A stretch of 64,000 nucleotides of DNA from Mobula hypostoma (lineage: Eukaryota), in contig NC_086097.1 in NCBI RefSeq assembly GCF_963921235.1, positions 117,554,001-117,618,000 on the forward strand. The letters are read 5' to 3'. This document shows positions 1 through 12,200 of this stretch, one piece after another. Both the position numbers and the translations under genes were made by a program. Every line of letters starts with the position of its first letter. Position 1 is the first letter of the stretch. The notes under the pieces are model-generated. The model ran no database searches, had not been told where the DNA came from, and saw only the letters and a program-made list of their open reading frames with translations.

Positions 1-444
1 GGAAACACTGGCAGCAAAGGAAACAAAAAAAATGATGAGGAATTGGAATCAGAGCCAGTTTATCACTGTTAGTTGACGTGAATATTGTTTTTGCAACAGC
101 AATACAATACATTGACATAAAATTGCTTTAAATTGCAAAATAAAAATGGGCAAAGTGACAGGAATAATGAGGTAATGTTTGTGGAAACATGGAACATTCA
201 GAAATTTGATGCTGGGGGAGAAGAAACTATGTTTAAAAAGAGATATGGTGTAATGTGCTCCTGTCCTGAAAGTGAGGCTTCAAATCCAGACTGGAGTTTT
301 ACTTGGACTACTGCTGACTGCTCCTTGAACATAGAATATAAAAGGCCTTTCAGTTCATTGAGACAATTCAGTCATTATATAAGAACGTGACTGGACTTTT
401 ACAAAAGTGCAAAGTAAATGCATTATCAGAGCATGTACATGTCA

Positions 445-995
445 CACTGCTGTGTACATACATCTATTGATGCCTCTGGACACATCTTCGATGATGTCCC
501 TGGAATCACTGGGTGTTTCGGGTCTTTCAACATCATACACCCTCCTCCAGGTGACCCAGCCGGGGCTGATCAGACCCCAGCTTGTGTCCAGATGGCTAGC
601 TACTTATGACTCCATGGCTCCCCTCTTTTGAGCCACAGCCATCTTGAGGCCCTCGCTGCCGCATCGGTGGTACTGCGGATGGCTCTCCTCTTCCTCTTTC
701 CCTCGATGCCCAAATTGCTGATGGCTCTGGCTAAAGGACGGGCTGCAAATCCCCTACATCCAACCTCCTGCTGGCAGTTGCTGACCAGTCCTGCATACTT
801 GGAGAGCTTCCTTTCAAAGGCCTCTTCCAAGCCATCTTCCCATGGAACTATCAGCTCCAGCAGCACCACTTGTTTAGTAGACTCAGACACAAGGACAATG
901 TCTGTCACAGGGTGGTGGCTGCGATATGGTTGGGGAACTTCAGCTGCCGTTTGAAGTCCACCAACAGCTGCCAGTCCCTTGCAGAGGTCAGGATG
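445..995 (-). mobile_element. 3' fragment of an RLE-type non-LTR retrotransposon (HERO/R2-group-like): restriction-like endonuclease C-terminus plus 3' UTR
   Basis: ORF 600..1037(-) contains DIVLVSESTKQVVLLELIVPWEDGLEEAFERKLSKY...EVGCRGF, the PD-(D/E)xK signature of HERO-like elements; a frameshift lies near 910. It interrupts a LINE 3'-UTR repeat that resumes at ~996. Confidence 0.8.
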
Positions 996-1056
996 CCAAT
1001 ATACTACCCTGAGATTCATTTTCTTGCAGGTATTCAAAATAGAATAAGTAGAATAT

Positions 1057-1414
1057 TGTGGTGAGCATTTGGTCCAGAATGACAGACGAGGAAGCTCTTT
1101 AACTCAACAACCGTTTTATTGTGATAGACACAAACAGACCGGGCACCGTGATCTGGAGAGTGAACCCAACTAGTCTCACACCGACGGGGGAGGTGACCAT
1201 CACACACCCCAGTTACAGTTAGGGTGACCCACAAATACACAAGTGAATAACTGTATAACCCAAGCTAAAAGGTAACAATAAATGAACTGTAACTTCCCAC
1301 CATAATCCCACAAAAGCAATTTAACACAAGACCAAAGAACAGTACTGGTCATTAGAAATGCAGGGGCAGGCTGTCGACCATGCACCCTCCACCCCGCCCC
1401 CCCAGAGCATCACA
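1057..1414 (-). mobile_element. Probable solo LTR
   Basis: Termini TGTGGTG...CATCACA (inverted, 1 mismatch); AATAAA on the minus strand near 1115; interrupts a LINE 3'-UTR repeat. No clean TSD. Confidence 0.45.
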
Positions 1415-1873
1415 CCATGATGGAATTAATGAAAAATTACACACAAAGACTGACAAGTCATCATTGTGCAAAAGAAGCCACGCTGTGCAAATAGAAAAAG
1501 AAAACAAGTAGTGCATAAATAATTAAATAATATTCTGAAGATGAATCATGAAATCCGTGAACATGAGTTCGTAGGTTGTGGATTCAGTTCAGTCTTGAGG
1601 TGAGTGAAGTTATCCACACTGGTCCAGGAGCCTAATAATTGAAGGGTAATAAGCGTTCCTGAACGTGGTGGAGTGGGACATTGGTGAGGCCATATGTGGA
1701 GTACTGTATTCAGATTTGGTTATCTACCTACAGAAAAGATGTAAGTAGGGTTGAAAGAGTACAGAGAAAATTTACAAAGATGTTGCCAAGACTTGAGTTA
1801 TGAGGACAGGTTAGATAGATTAAGACCTTATTCCCCAGAATGTAAAAGATTATGGGCAGATTTGATAGAGGTA

Positions 1874-3685
1874 CCATAAAATTCTGGTGTATAAGCCGAC
1901 CCCCGATTTTCAAGGTTAAAAAAGTGACTTTTTCATGTTACCTTTGTATAAGTCGACCCCTTTTGTAATGGTGTTTTGATCAGGGAGGGAAGTTTTGGAT
2001 TAGGTTCCCAATGGTAAAGAATCCTCTGAAATGTAACCCCTGTGAAACCACTTAACACCCATCGTAATCTTGCTAAAACATAACACGAGGTGGCAGGATC
2101 AGTACATGTACTCAGTATTGAGTTTGTGACCACCATGTACAAAAGACTAAAACAAATGCGATACGATGCTGGCTTCAAGCTGAAGGTTGTTGATTTTACT
2201 AAAGGAACGAATAGTTCTGCAGCTGCTAAGAAGTTTAGTATAAACAAGAAACAAGTGAGAGAGTGGAGAAAGGCAGAGGACACGCTGAGGGAAATGCCAA
2301 AGGCGAAATGTGCAAACTGCGGGAAAACATGCCAGTGGCCAGAACTGGAAGAAAAAGTTTTAGAGTGGATGAATCACCAGCGATCGTCTGGATACATTGT
2401 TACCAGAGAAATGATTCGAGTTCAAGCATTGAAATGGGACGAAAAACACCGTGAAGTCAGCGAAAATTTCAAAGCTACGCAAAGTTGGTGCACCCAATTT
2501 ATGAATAGACATGAACTTGTGTTGAAACAAAAAACAAAGATTGCTCAGAAGTTGCCAAGCGACCTTGAAAATAAGATTATGACCTTCCAATCGTTTGTAA
2601 TCAAGCATCGAAAGGCACATTATTACCTGCTCTCACTGATTGGTAACATGGACGTGACACCAATGTTCTTTGATTTTGCTGGCAACCACACTGTCAATCA
2701 GAAGGGGCAGAAAGCAGTCCTTGGACACGAGGAGCAATATTTTACTGTTGTGTTAATGTGTATGGCTGATGGGGCCAAACTACCACCGATGGTGATTTTT
2801 AAGAGGAAAACATTCCCAAAGAAAGAAAAGTTCCCGCAAGGTGTTGTTTACGTTCAAGAACGCGGCTGGATGGATGAAGCAGGTTGCTTGAAGTGGGTTA
2901 AAGAGGTGTGGCGTCGACATCCCGAAGGTTTCAGGAAGGAAAAGTCGCTACTTGTCTGGGATGTGTTCAAAGCAAGACAAAAGCAGCACTGAAAGCTGAA
3001 AATATGGACACTGCAGTCATCCCCGGTGGTTTGACATCCGTGCTCCAGCCACTAGATGTGAGTTTAAACAAACCATTCAAAGAATTCATGCGTCGACAGT
3101 GGAATGAATGGATGAAGTCTGGAAATCAGTCATTCACTCCAGCGGGAAATATGAGGGCCACATCTCTAGCTACAGTTTGCGAGTGGTAGTGCAATCGTGG
3201 GAGGAAATGAGGGCCGAGTGCATTGTGAAGGCCTTCAAGAAGGCAGCATCAGCAATGCTTTGGATGGCACTGAAGATCATTTGCTTTGGGAAGAAGACGA
3301 TGGAGATTTGGCAGCCAGCAAAGCTGCAAATGACAATGTCAAAGCAGAAATTGACAATCCTTATTGTGACTGCCGAAGAATGGGACGCGATTTTTGGGGA
3401 GTCAGGTAATGAAGAGTGTGAGAGTTTCAAGCTCTGAACATTTGACGACAACAGTGTGTACAAGTAAATTAAGAAATAGAATGTGTTTTGTAGATCTTCT
3501 CTTTTGTGTAGATTTCATAAGCGCTTGTATTTTCTTTTGTATTTGACTCAAAAACAGCCAATAAATACGACCTGTCTTCCATGTATTTATTTTTCCAAAG
3601 TTGGCACCCTCTGTATAATATGACCCCCTAATTTTAGGACCAAAATTTAGGGCCAGATTCTCGGCTTATACACCGGAATTTATGG
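1874..3685 (+). mobile_element. Full-length pogo-superfamily DNA transposon (POGK/Passer-like)
   Basis: TIRs CCATAAAATTCTGGTGTATAAGCCGA (1874-) and TCGGCTTATACACCGGAATTTATGG (-3685); TA duplication at 1872-73 and 3686-87; internal transposase. Confidence 0.95.
2152..3437 (+). pseudogene. pogo-type transposase (Brinker-like DBD + CENP-B/Tc5 HTH + DDE_1), frameshifted
   Basis: MRYDAGFKLKVV; WPELEEKVLEW; IGNMDVTP; KLPPMVIFK; GWMD; LLVWDVF; then in shifted frames IPGGLTSVLQPLDVSLNKPFK, IVKAFKK and ISNALDGTEDHLLW. Frameshifts near 2975, 3185 and 3245. Confidence 0.9.
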
Positions 3686-4506
3686 TATACAAAATTATGA
3701 GGGGGTATAGATAGGGCAAATGCAGGCAGGCTTTTTCCACGGAGGTTGGGTGAGACTACAACTAGACGTCATGGGCTAAGGGTAAAAGCTGAAATATTTA
3801 AGGGTAATATGAGGGACAACTTCTTCACTTAGAGGGTGGTGCGAGTGTGGAACAAGTTGCCAGCTCAAACAATGGGTGCAGGCTGAATTTCAACATTTAA
3901 GAGAAATTTGGATAGGCACATGAATGGGAGGGCCATAGTCCGGGACGAGACAGATTATGGTTTGGCATGGAGAAGGTGGGATAATTGATCTATTTCTGAT
4001 CTGTAGATTTCTATGACTCTAAACATGCATAGCAAACCAAGTAGATGTTTGATCTTTGATGTCTGTCCTGTGAAACTTTTACTAAAGACGATATCCCCAG
4101 TTAAATTTCCAAATGTATTGTAGGAAATGGGGATTGTAATAATCCACAGGAATTACAATGAAGGTTATGGTGTCTGACTTTAAATGGGAGCCTAGTCCCT
4201 GATCCTAACTTATCGCCATCAAACATTGACTTCAGCTCCAAAATTTCCATCAACTGCATTTTTCTATTTTTTTTCTTGGTAGCTTTTTATCAGTTATGTA
4301 ACCTACTTTGAAGCTTCTTCTTACCTTGTTTCACATTTTTAGACTGGTATGTACAATATGTTTATGCCTATAAAATAAATACATGAGAATTTTACAAGGA
4401 ACTGAGTCTGATGCATTCCCACCATTTCCCCTTTAGCCTCAAGCTTTGATGAATAATAAGATTTTGATTTTCTTTCACTTACTTGCTGCATTTAGAAGGC
4501 TGAGTA

Positions 4507-5030
4507 CACTGAGTGGCCACTTCATTAGGTACAACTGTACACCTGCTTGTTAATGCAAATATCTAATCAGCCAATCAAGTAGCAGCAACTCAATGTCTAA
4601 AAGCATGCAGACATGGTCAAAAGGTTCAACTATTGTTCAGACCAAGTATCAGAATCAGGGAGAAATGTGACCTAAGTCACTTTACCGTAGAATGATTGTT
4701 GGTGCCAGACAGGGTGGTTTGAGTATCTCAAAAATTGCTGATCTCCTGGGAACTTCACACACAAACAGTCTATAGAGTTTACAAAGAATCTTGCAAAAAA
4801 ATATATATTCAATGAATGGCAGTTCTATGGGTAAAAATACCTTGTTAATGAAAGAGATCAGAGGAAGCTGGGCAGACTGGTTCAAGCTGACAGGAATTTG
4901 ACAGTAAATCAAATAACTACGTGTTACAACAATAGTGTGTTGAAGAGTATCTCTGGATATATGACATGTTGAACCTTAAAGTGGATGGGCTGCAGTGGCC
5001 GGAAACCATGAACATACAGTCAGTGGCCAC
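4507..5030 (+). mobile_element. Non-autonomous Tc1-like element (internally deleted)
   Basis: TA|CACTGAGTGGCCACTTCATTAGGTACA terminus; HTH remnant (..DLS.F.R.MIVGAR.GGLSIS..ADLLG.S); same family at 14124/16280, 21538, 36400 and 59845. Confidence 0.8.
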
Positions 5031-5041
5031 TGTCAGTCAGT

Positions 5042-6490
5042 GACTGCATTGGCGCTGCTTCCTGAATGCATGCAGAACTCGTTGACTTTATTAACTTTGC
5101 CTCCAACTTTCACCCCGTCCTCAAGTTTACCTGGTCCATTTCCGACACCTCCCTCCCCTTTCTAGATCTTTCTGTCTCTGTCTCTGGAGACAGCTTATCC
5201 ACTGATGTCTACTATAAGCCTACTGACTCTCACAGCTATCAGGACTACTCCTCTTCTCACCCTGTCTCTTGCAAAAACGCCATCCCCTTCTCGCAATTCC
5301 TCCGTCTCCGCCGCATCTGCTCTCAGGATGAGGCTTTTCATTCTAGGACGAGGGAGATGTCTTCATTTTTTAAAGAAAGGGGCTTCCCTTCCTCCACTAT
5401 CAACTCTGCTCTTAAACGCATCTCCCCCATTTCACGGACATTTGCTCTCACTCCATCCTCCCACCACCCCACTAGGAATAGGGTTCCCCTGGTCCTCACC
5501 TACCACACCACCAGCCTCCGGGTCCAACATATTATTCTCCGTAACTTCCGCCACCTCCAACGGGATCCCACCACTAAGCACATCTTTCCCTCCCCCCCTC
5601 TCTCTGCATTCCGCAGGGATCGCTCCTTACACAACTCCCTTGTCCATTCGTCCCCCCCATCCCTCCCCACTGATCTCCCTCCCAGCACTTATCCGTGTAA
5701 GCGGAACAAGTGCTACACATGCCCTTACACTTCCTCCCTTACCAGCATTCAGGGCCCCAAACAGTCCTTCCAGGTGAGGCATCACTTCACCTGTGAGTCG
5801 ACTGGGGTGATATACTGCGTCCGGTGCTCCCGATGTGGCCTTTTATATATTGGTGAGACCCGACACAGACTGGGAGACCGCTTTGCTGAACATCTACGCT
5901 CTGTCCGCCAGAGAAAGCAGGATCTCCCAGTGGCCACACATTTTAATTCCACATCCCATTCCCATTCTGACATGTCTATCCACGGCCTCCTCTACTGTAA
6001 AGATGAAGCCACACTCAGGTTGGAGGAACAACACCTTATATTCCGTCTGGGTAGCCTCCAACCTGATGGCATGAACATCGACTTCTCTAACTTCTGCTAA
6101 GGCCCCACCTCTCCCTCGTACCCCATCTGTTACTCATTTTTATGCACACATTCTTTCTCTCACTCTCCTTTTTCTCCCTCTGTCCCTCTGAATATACCTC
6201 TTGCCCATCCTCTGGGTCACCCCCCCTTGTCTTTCTTCCCGGACCTCCTGTCCCATGATCCTCTCGTATCCCCTTTGCCTTTCACCTGTCCAGCTCTTGG
6301 CTCTATCCCTCCCCCTCCTGTCTTCTCCTATCATTTTGGATCTCCCCCTCCCCCTCCAGCTTTCAAATCCCTTACTCACTCTTCCTTCAGTTAGTCCTGA
6401 TGAAGGGTCTCGGCCTGAAACGTCGACTGCGCCTCTTCCTATAGATGCTGCTTGGCCTGCTGCATTCAGCAGCAACTTTGATGTATGTTG
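5042..6490 (+). mobile_element. 5'-truncated Penelope-like element (Neptune-type): RT thumb, Cys linker, GIY-YIG endonuclease and 3' UTR
   Basis: ORF 5066..6100: LPFLDLSV, YYKPTDSHSY, CKRNKCYTC, GVIYCVRCSRCGLLYIGETRHRLGDRFAEH, LEEQHLIFRLGSLQPDGMN; near-identical to 34775-36220. Confidence 0.95.
6393..6428 (+). ncRNA. Minimal type I hammerhead ribozyme motif in the PLE 3' end
   Basis: AGTC CTGATGA AGG-gtctcgg-CCT GAAA CGTC GACT: stem I AGTC/GACT, CUGAUGA and GAAA boxes, stem II AGG/CCT, palindromic ACGT stem III, GUC cleavage triplet. Confidence 0.8.
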
Positions 6491-6599
6491 AGTGTATGTT
6501 GAGTTGCCTTTTGACGGAATTGGGAAGCTTTGTAGTATTACACAGTTTTGTTGCTCTCTTTTTTTCCCTGTTTGCATTAATTGCTCCTGCCTCTCTCCA

Positions 6600-6978
6600 G
6601 GGTGGCAGTGTTGAGATATGTCTCTACCCAAAGGAGGTGTAGGGTTCATCCATCCCTCCTTCCACTAGCCTGCAGGTCATCCTTGGGCAAGGTGCAGCAG
6701 CTGCTTAGCCTCGCGATCAGCACCACATGAAGCTATGGGAGCAGGTGGTGGGTGATCACATGAGCAGCTGGAACATATCACAAGTCCTGGCTATGCAATC
6801 ACTGACGTGAGGCGGACTATCTCAGAAGCCTATTGATATTGGCTGAGGTCACCTGTCTTGTAAAGACACTGCCCAGAATAAGGTGACGGCAAACAACTTC
6901 TGTAGAAAGATTTGTCAAGAACAGTGATAGTCATCAGACCATGATTGCCTTCGTCATACGACACCTCACATAATGAAT
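6600..6978 (+). mobile_element. ~380-bp SINE-like repeat with an RTE-type 3' tail
   Basis: Copies at 20095-20295(-), 29590-29778(-), 32235-32445(-) and 50800-51170(+); the tail GGCAAACCACTTCTGTAGAAAAATTTGCCAAGAACAATC resembles RTE/BovB-partner SINE tails. Confidence 0.7.
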
Positions 6979-7719
6979 GAACCTCTCTACATCTCCAATT
7001 TAACCAGTTTCCAGCTGTCACATTCCATGACCTTTACATCCATTCATCTGACATGACACCAGTAATTGGAGACATTAGAAATTGGCCAATGTTTTATCCA
7101 TTTTGATGTACATTCTCCTTAAACAAAAAAAGAGCAGGCAAATGCTTCTAAACAAAAATGAATATACCTTGTGAGCTGGTTCATACAAGCACATAAAAGG
7201 CTGCTTTAAAATTAGTCATATGGGATATTGTGTAATAGGGATATTTAATTTGGAGTCAAACCTCTTGTAAAATGTTGGATAAATTATGGCTCGGTGGACA
7301 ATCTGTGGGTAGGTGTACTTACACAGTAACCAGAAAGTATGAGTGAGTGTGTTCAACATCATTCATAAGTGAGAATGAAGCTGGACCCCTATGCTCAGCA
7401 GAGTTAGCATTGATAAAGGAGGATGAATTATCTACTCAGGATCAAAGCTGGAGAGGACAATATGTAATAGACAGGACATTTTTTTATGCTTCATACATTT
7501 GAGCTGTAAATTTATACCCACAAAATAATATGCAATTATTGCACATGTTTAAACTTGAACTATAAGTCAGTGTCAACTATGAAATGTGATAGTCTTGGGC
7601 TGTCATCAAGACTCAGGAGTAGAAATTGGCATGTGCTGCATCAGTTTCTGTGAACCAACGGTAGAATTTTAACAGTTAGATTGTTAATGTTTAATCTATG
7701 AATATATTGATTGTAGTTG

Positions 7720-8350
7720 CATCATAGCCTGGCATGGAAATAACAATGCTCAAGAATGGGAAAGCCTACAAAAAGTGATGGATACAGCCCAGCCCATCAC
7801 AGGGAAACCCATCCCCACCATTCAGCATATCCATAAAGAGTGCTACAAAACAACAGCATTAGTCATCAAGGACCCCTGCCATTAGGGCACTTTTTCTTCT
7901 TGCTGCTGCCATTAGGAAGGAGGTGCAGGAGCCTTAGGTCCCACACCTTCAAATTCAGGAACGGTTATTACCCTTCAGTCATCAGGTGCCTAAAATGGCA
8001 TGGATCACTTTACTCACCACTACTCTGAAGTGATTCTACTACCTATCTATTGCATGCATAATTTCATTCACCACAACACTGAACACAGATTATTGACTTG
8101 CTCTCAAGGACTCTACAACTGATAGTTTCAATATTATTTATATATTTATTATTTGATTTTTGGGGGGGGATTTGCATAGGTTGCCTTTTTTTGCACATTA
8201 GTTGCATGTCAGTCTTCCTTTGAGTGTAGTTTCTCTCATTGATTATGGCATTTCTTTCTACTACTGCGAATGCTTGCAAGAAAATGAATCTCGGAGTAGT
8301 ATATGGTGTCATATGCATACTGTGATAATAAATTTACTTTTACCTTTGTT
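7720..8350 (+). mobile_element. Degraded Rex1/Babar-like LINE 3' end
   Basis: CI.AW.GN...LQKV...AQ.I and LLPLGRRCRSLRSHT.KFRN.YYPSVIR remnants, followed by a 3' UTR ending aataaatttactttacc. Confidence 0.7.
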
Positions 8351-8639
8351 AAATTCATGGCAAACTTCCATTATGAAATCCAAGCAGATAATCAAAGGGC
8401 ACACGTGGTAGAATGAATAAATGAAGGTCTGAAGATTGCAAAAAGAATCTAATAAATTAGTTGACCATGTACAAAGTAGCTTCTCAGGATCCTTCAATAG
8501 TTACCAGTGTTAAAATGCAAAATTGTTTCTCTATTAAAATACCAATCCATTGGAATACAGGCCTCCCTAAATTCCAAAGGACTTAGTGACTGCTCTCCCA
8601 TCAATGGAAAAAGAAAGTCATGCATTTATATTGCAGATA

Positions 8640-9213
8640 AGACCATAAGACCATACAATATAGGAGCAGAATTAGGCCATTTGACCCATCAAGACTTCTC
8701 TGCCATTTCATCATAGCTAATCCATTTCACTCTCACCCCCAATTTCCTGTTTTCTCCCCATATCCCTTCACGCTCTGACTAATGAAGAATCTATCAATCT
8801 CTGCCTTAAGTATACCCAATGATTTAGCCTCTACAGCCACCTGTGGCAATGAATTCCACAGATTCACTAGTCTCTGGCTGAAGAAATCCCTCTTCAACTC
8901 CTTTCTAAATGGACCTTTCTCTATTGTGAGTCTGTGTCCTCTGATCTTATATTCCCCCATCATAGGACACACTCTCTCAACATACACTCTATCAAGGTCT
9001 TTTAACATTAAATAGGTTTCAATGTGATCATTCTTCTGAATTCCAGTGAGTATATTCCCAGTGTCATCAAACCATCTCATATGATAAGCCTTTCAATCCC
9101 GGAATAACTTTGTGAAAGTCTTTTGAACCCTTTCCGATGTCAGCAGATCTTTTCTTAGATAAGGGGCCCAAAACTGCTCACAATGCTGCAAGTGAGGCCT
9201 CACCACTGCCTTA
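8640..9213 (-). mobile_element. CR1 LINE 3' fragment
   Basis: ORF 8733..9080(-) has RGH.L...FFSQRLVNLWNSLP...KAEIDRF; tandem accataag tail at 8640. Confidence 0.85.
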
Positions 9214-12200
9214 TGTAGTGCTGTGGTGAGAGGTATTTTATTTTAGCAGTTTTCTGTAAAAGAAGTGTGTCCTGCTGGAAAGAGCGTTTTGGCTTTGGTT
9301 ACAGAGAAGGAGCCATGTTGACCAACCTAGAAATGTTTTGTCAGCCAATCAGGATTGTGGGATGTGGAGAAGATTCTAGACAGCTGGCTGGGAAGAGTTT
9401 TCTGATGGACAGTAGTCTGGTTCGGGGTCTTTAGTGGAAAGTGCATAGAGAAGAGAACCAGGGAAGATGTCAGGAGGATCCCATCTGAAAGGGAGACCTG
9501 AAAGCAAGGGGTACTTCACAAGACAGAAGATTTCAAGAAGGGAAGTTCTACCTGTAATTGATGATGAGATTTCAGCACTGTGAGTAAAGCGATACACCCA
9601 GATACTACAGAAACAAGCTCCACATTTATGTGCATATTTAAGCTGGTTTAACTGTAATGAGCCCTTTTACCTTTCTTTTTCTTTCTCCGTTAATGGTTTG
9701 ATAGAGTTGAATCAGAACATCCAGATATTTTGTTTGGTTGAACCCTAAATCACACCGATTCTAGACGTGTATAGCTTTTGAAAGGTGGCTTTCTCACCAC
9801 CAAGTCATGTGGCTGTTGGCAGTATTAGTTAATGAACCAAGTTGGTGTAGGAGCCTCGGTGAGAGGGTTGCATTTATGAGGGCTTATCCAGGATCTCGCA
9901 TGCTGTTTATGAATTGATTAAACAGTTTATGGTGTGTTTAAACTTGTGTTTGGGGAAAGTGAGGTGTGTCATAATTAAGATACTTTATTATGGGTGCCAC
10001 GAGGATTAAAGTTCAATGTGATTTAATGCAGTTATCCATAAGTCATGCTTGTGTTCTGAGCATGGTGGATATTAGAATTTCAGATGAACTGCTACTCAGC
10101 GTGCTGACTTATGAAAAAGTATTAGGGAAAGTTGCACTGATTGAACGGCGTCTTGACCAGTCAGCTGATAAGGATGTCGTGTTAGTCCAGTTTACCAGTG
10201 TCCTATCTGAAGTTGCACTGCCAGGTAAGATAGGGGCAGCTGGAGAGGCAGGGCCATGGGCAATCCATACTTTTAGAGACAGGGAGAATGTAGCTGAGGG
10301 TGAAGATGTTAAAGACAAGTTGTTCTAGTTTCTGTGAAGTGAGGGAAAAGAGTTGTCTGATATGAAAGGTTGAATGCGTCCTTTAGCGGTTGACTTAAAT
10401 TCTAAGCTGGTTTTGGCAATCACGTCACTGGTTGATAAATGCCAAAGTGTACCTGCGGAGAACCAAATTTGTCGTAGGTTGAGAGCGCTCTCTGGAGTCG
10501 AGCCCATCTTCGATGTGGAAGAAGAATATGAGGCAAACACATCTCTGTTACTGGATGAGTGGCCATGCTCAGATAATATGAAAAATCAGAGACTGGTAGA
10601 GAGTTTAAAAGGTTCAGGCTGCTGAGGTGGTGAGGTCATTAAAGGCAGAAAACCCGTTGGTTTTCCATGGACTACATGCAAGTGTTAGAAAATATTTTTG
10701 GTACAATGGGCAGACCAGCTGATCTTATGATGAAGTTTAGGCACACATTCCAGGAGAAAGGAGAAAAAAAACTTTCCTCCTACCTTTTCAAGGTGGAGAG
10801 ACAGCTGCATTGCTTGTACCTAAAGGGGCCACTCAGCTGACTGAGATAAATCGATAAATGATGGAACAAGTTGTGAAGGTTATACTGTCACATGACGTGA
10901 TCGCCTTGCACATCCGAATGATTCGCAAGACATGTCCCCCTCCCTCGCTTGGTGAGTTAATCAGAGAAGTAAGAAAGGAGGAAACTATGATGGAGGAGTG
11001 GAAGATCTCCACCAGTCGATCAATGTCTTCTGTAGCAGTCTTCATTGCTGAAGTGACCCCTGATGCCACACAAGTAGGGGTTTTATCAGATGAAGTAAAA
11101 AGCCTGCAAGCTGAGCGTATCTTGTTCAACGGTTCGTGCTGCCACCAAGCATAGGAAACCGGACCCACCTGTAGGACGTACTAAACAGAAGGATGCTGCT
11201 AAAAGGGGACTTTTGATGAGGGAAGTGACTGTGGAGTAGATGGACATTTCAAATAGGAGTGTGAAGGACAGGAAACCCTTTGGAAAGTAACCCAGTGATT
11301 GTTTAAACATAAAGGAAGTCAGGAAACTTTGGAGGGACCCAGTAAGGGAATGGACTGGCATCTTAATGTATCAAGGGAAACACTAAAGTGCAAAACCCTA
11401 TTCCTGAAGATTTAGTGGAACCAAATTGGATATATCTATATGGATTGAGGTTAATTATGCTAGATCCATACTTGACACAGTTCTCAGGTCACTCTACTCT
11501 ACAGATCCTTTTACAACCGGTATTTGATACATTTACCATTGACGCCACTCAGTGCTCTAGAAATTTGGGGCCTTTGTACTGATGATTACCGTATGATGGT
11601 ACTTGTTATTGAAGTAGCAGACACTGGAATAGCTGAGACCCTTGATACATTAGTGTTGGTCTGTCCAGATCTGCTTGAAAAAAGGTGAAGCTTCCATTAT
11701 TGTGGGAACAAATACTCCCATTTTGAGAAGGCTTGTGTGGGCATGCAAGGAAAGAAATGGACAGAATGTCTTGAAAACCTTGTCCGTTCACCTGCTGTTC
11801 ACAGTGGCTTTTGAGAAGGTGCAAGTTCCTCCTAAGCAAGTTGATGAGTATAAATGAGGAAAGGAACCGTGTGGTACAACTTGTCCAAACCCATCATGTT
11901 ACGTCCTGAGGAGGCAGCTAGAGTGACGGGAAACTCCAATTTCCCCAGAATGCTCGATGCCAAGGACCTGTTAGTGGATGCTTCAGAGGAGTATGAAGAA
12001 GAGTCATGCTTACCTCCTGGTCTGCTGGTGAACCCTGAACTGTAGAAATCTTTGGCTGTACACATCAACAGGATGACCGTCCTTGTCAGGAACTCCTCAG
12101 AGAGAAAGGCTATCCCCAGATGTGAGATACTGATAGCACATCTTTTCCCTGTGACGGTAACATCTAGTTTACTAGTGAGAAAACCGAGACAGTGGGACAG

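Larger units (their letters stand above)
1679..4020 (+). mobile_element. CR1 LINE 3' fragment, split by the pogo insertion at 1874-3685
   Basis: LVRP(H/Y)VEYCIQ.W...ERVQRKFTKMLP coding remnant at 1680-1800; gatttgatagaggTA|tacaaaattatgaggg rejoins across the insertion; CR1-type 3' tail ends ttctatgactct. Confidence 0.85.

Noticed and set aside
133..390. 85-aa ORF at the window start
   Set aside because: TTG start, no recognisable motif, and a length expected by chance.
5205..5777. 190-aa alternative-frame ORF conserved in both PLE copies (also 34939-35511)
   Set aside because: The copies are near-identical and the C-rich strand is poor in stop codons, so shared openness is not evidence of a second protein.
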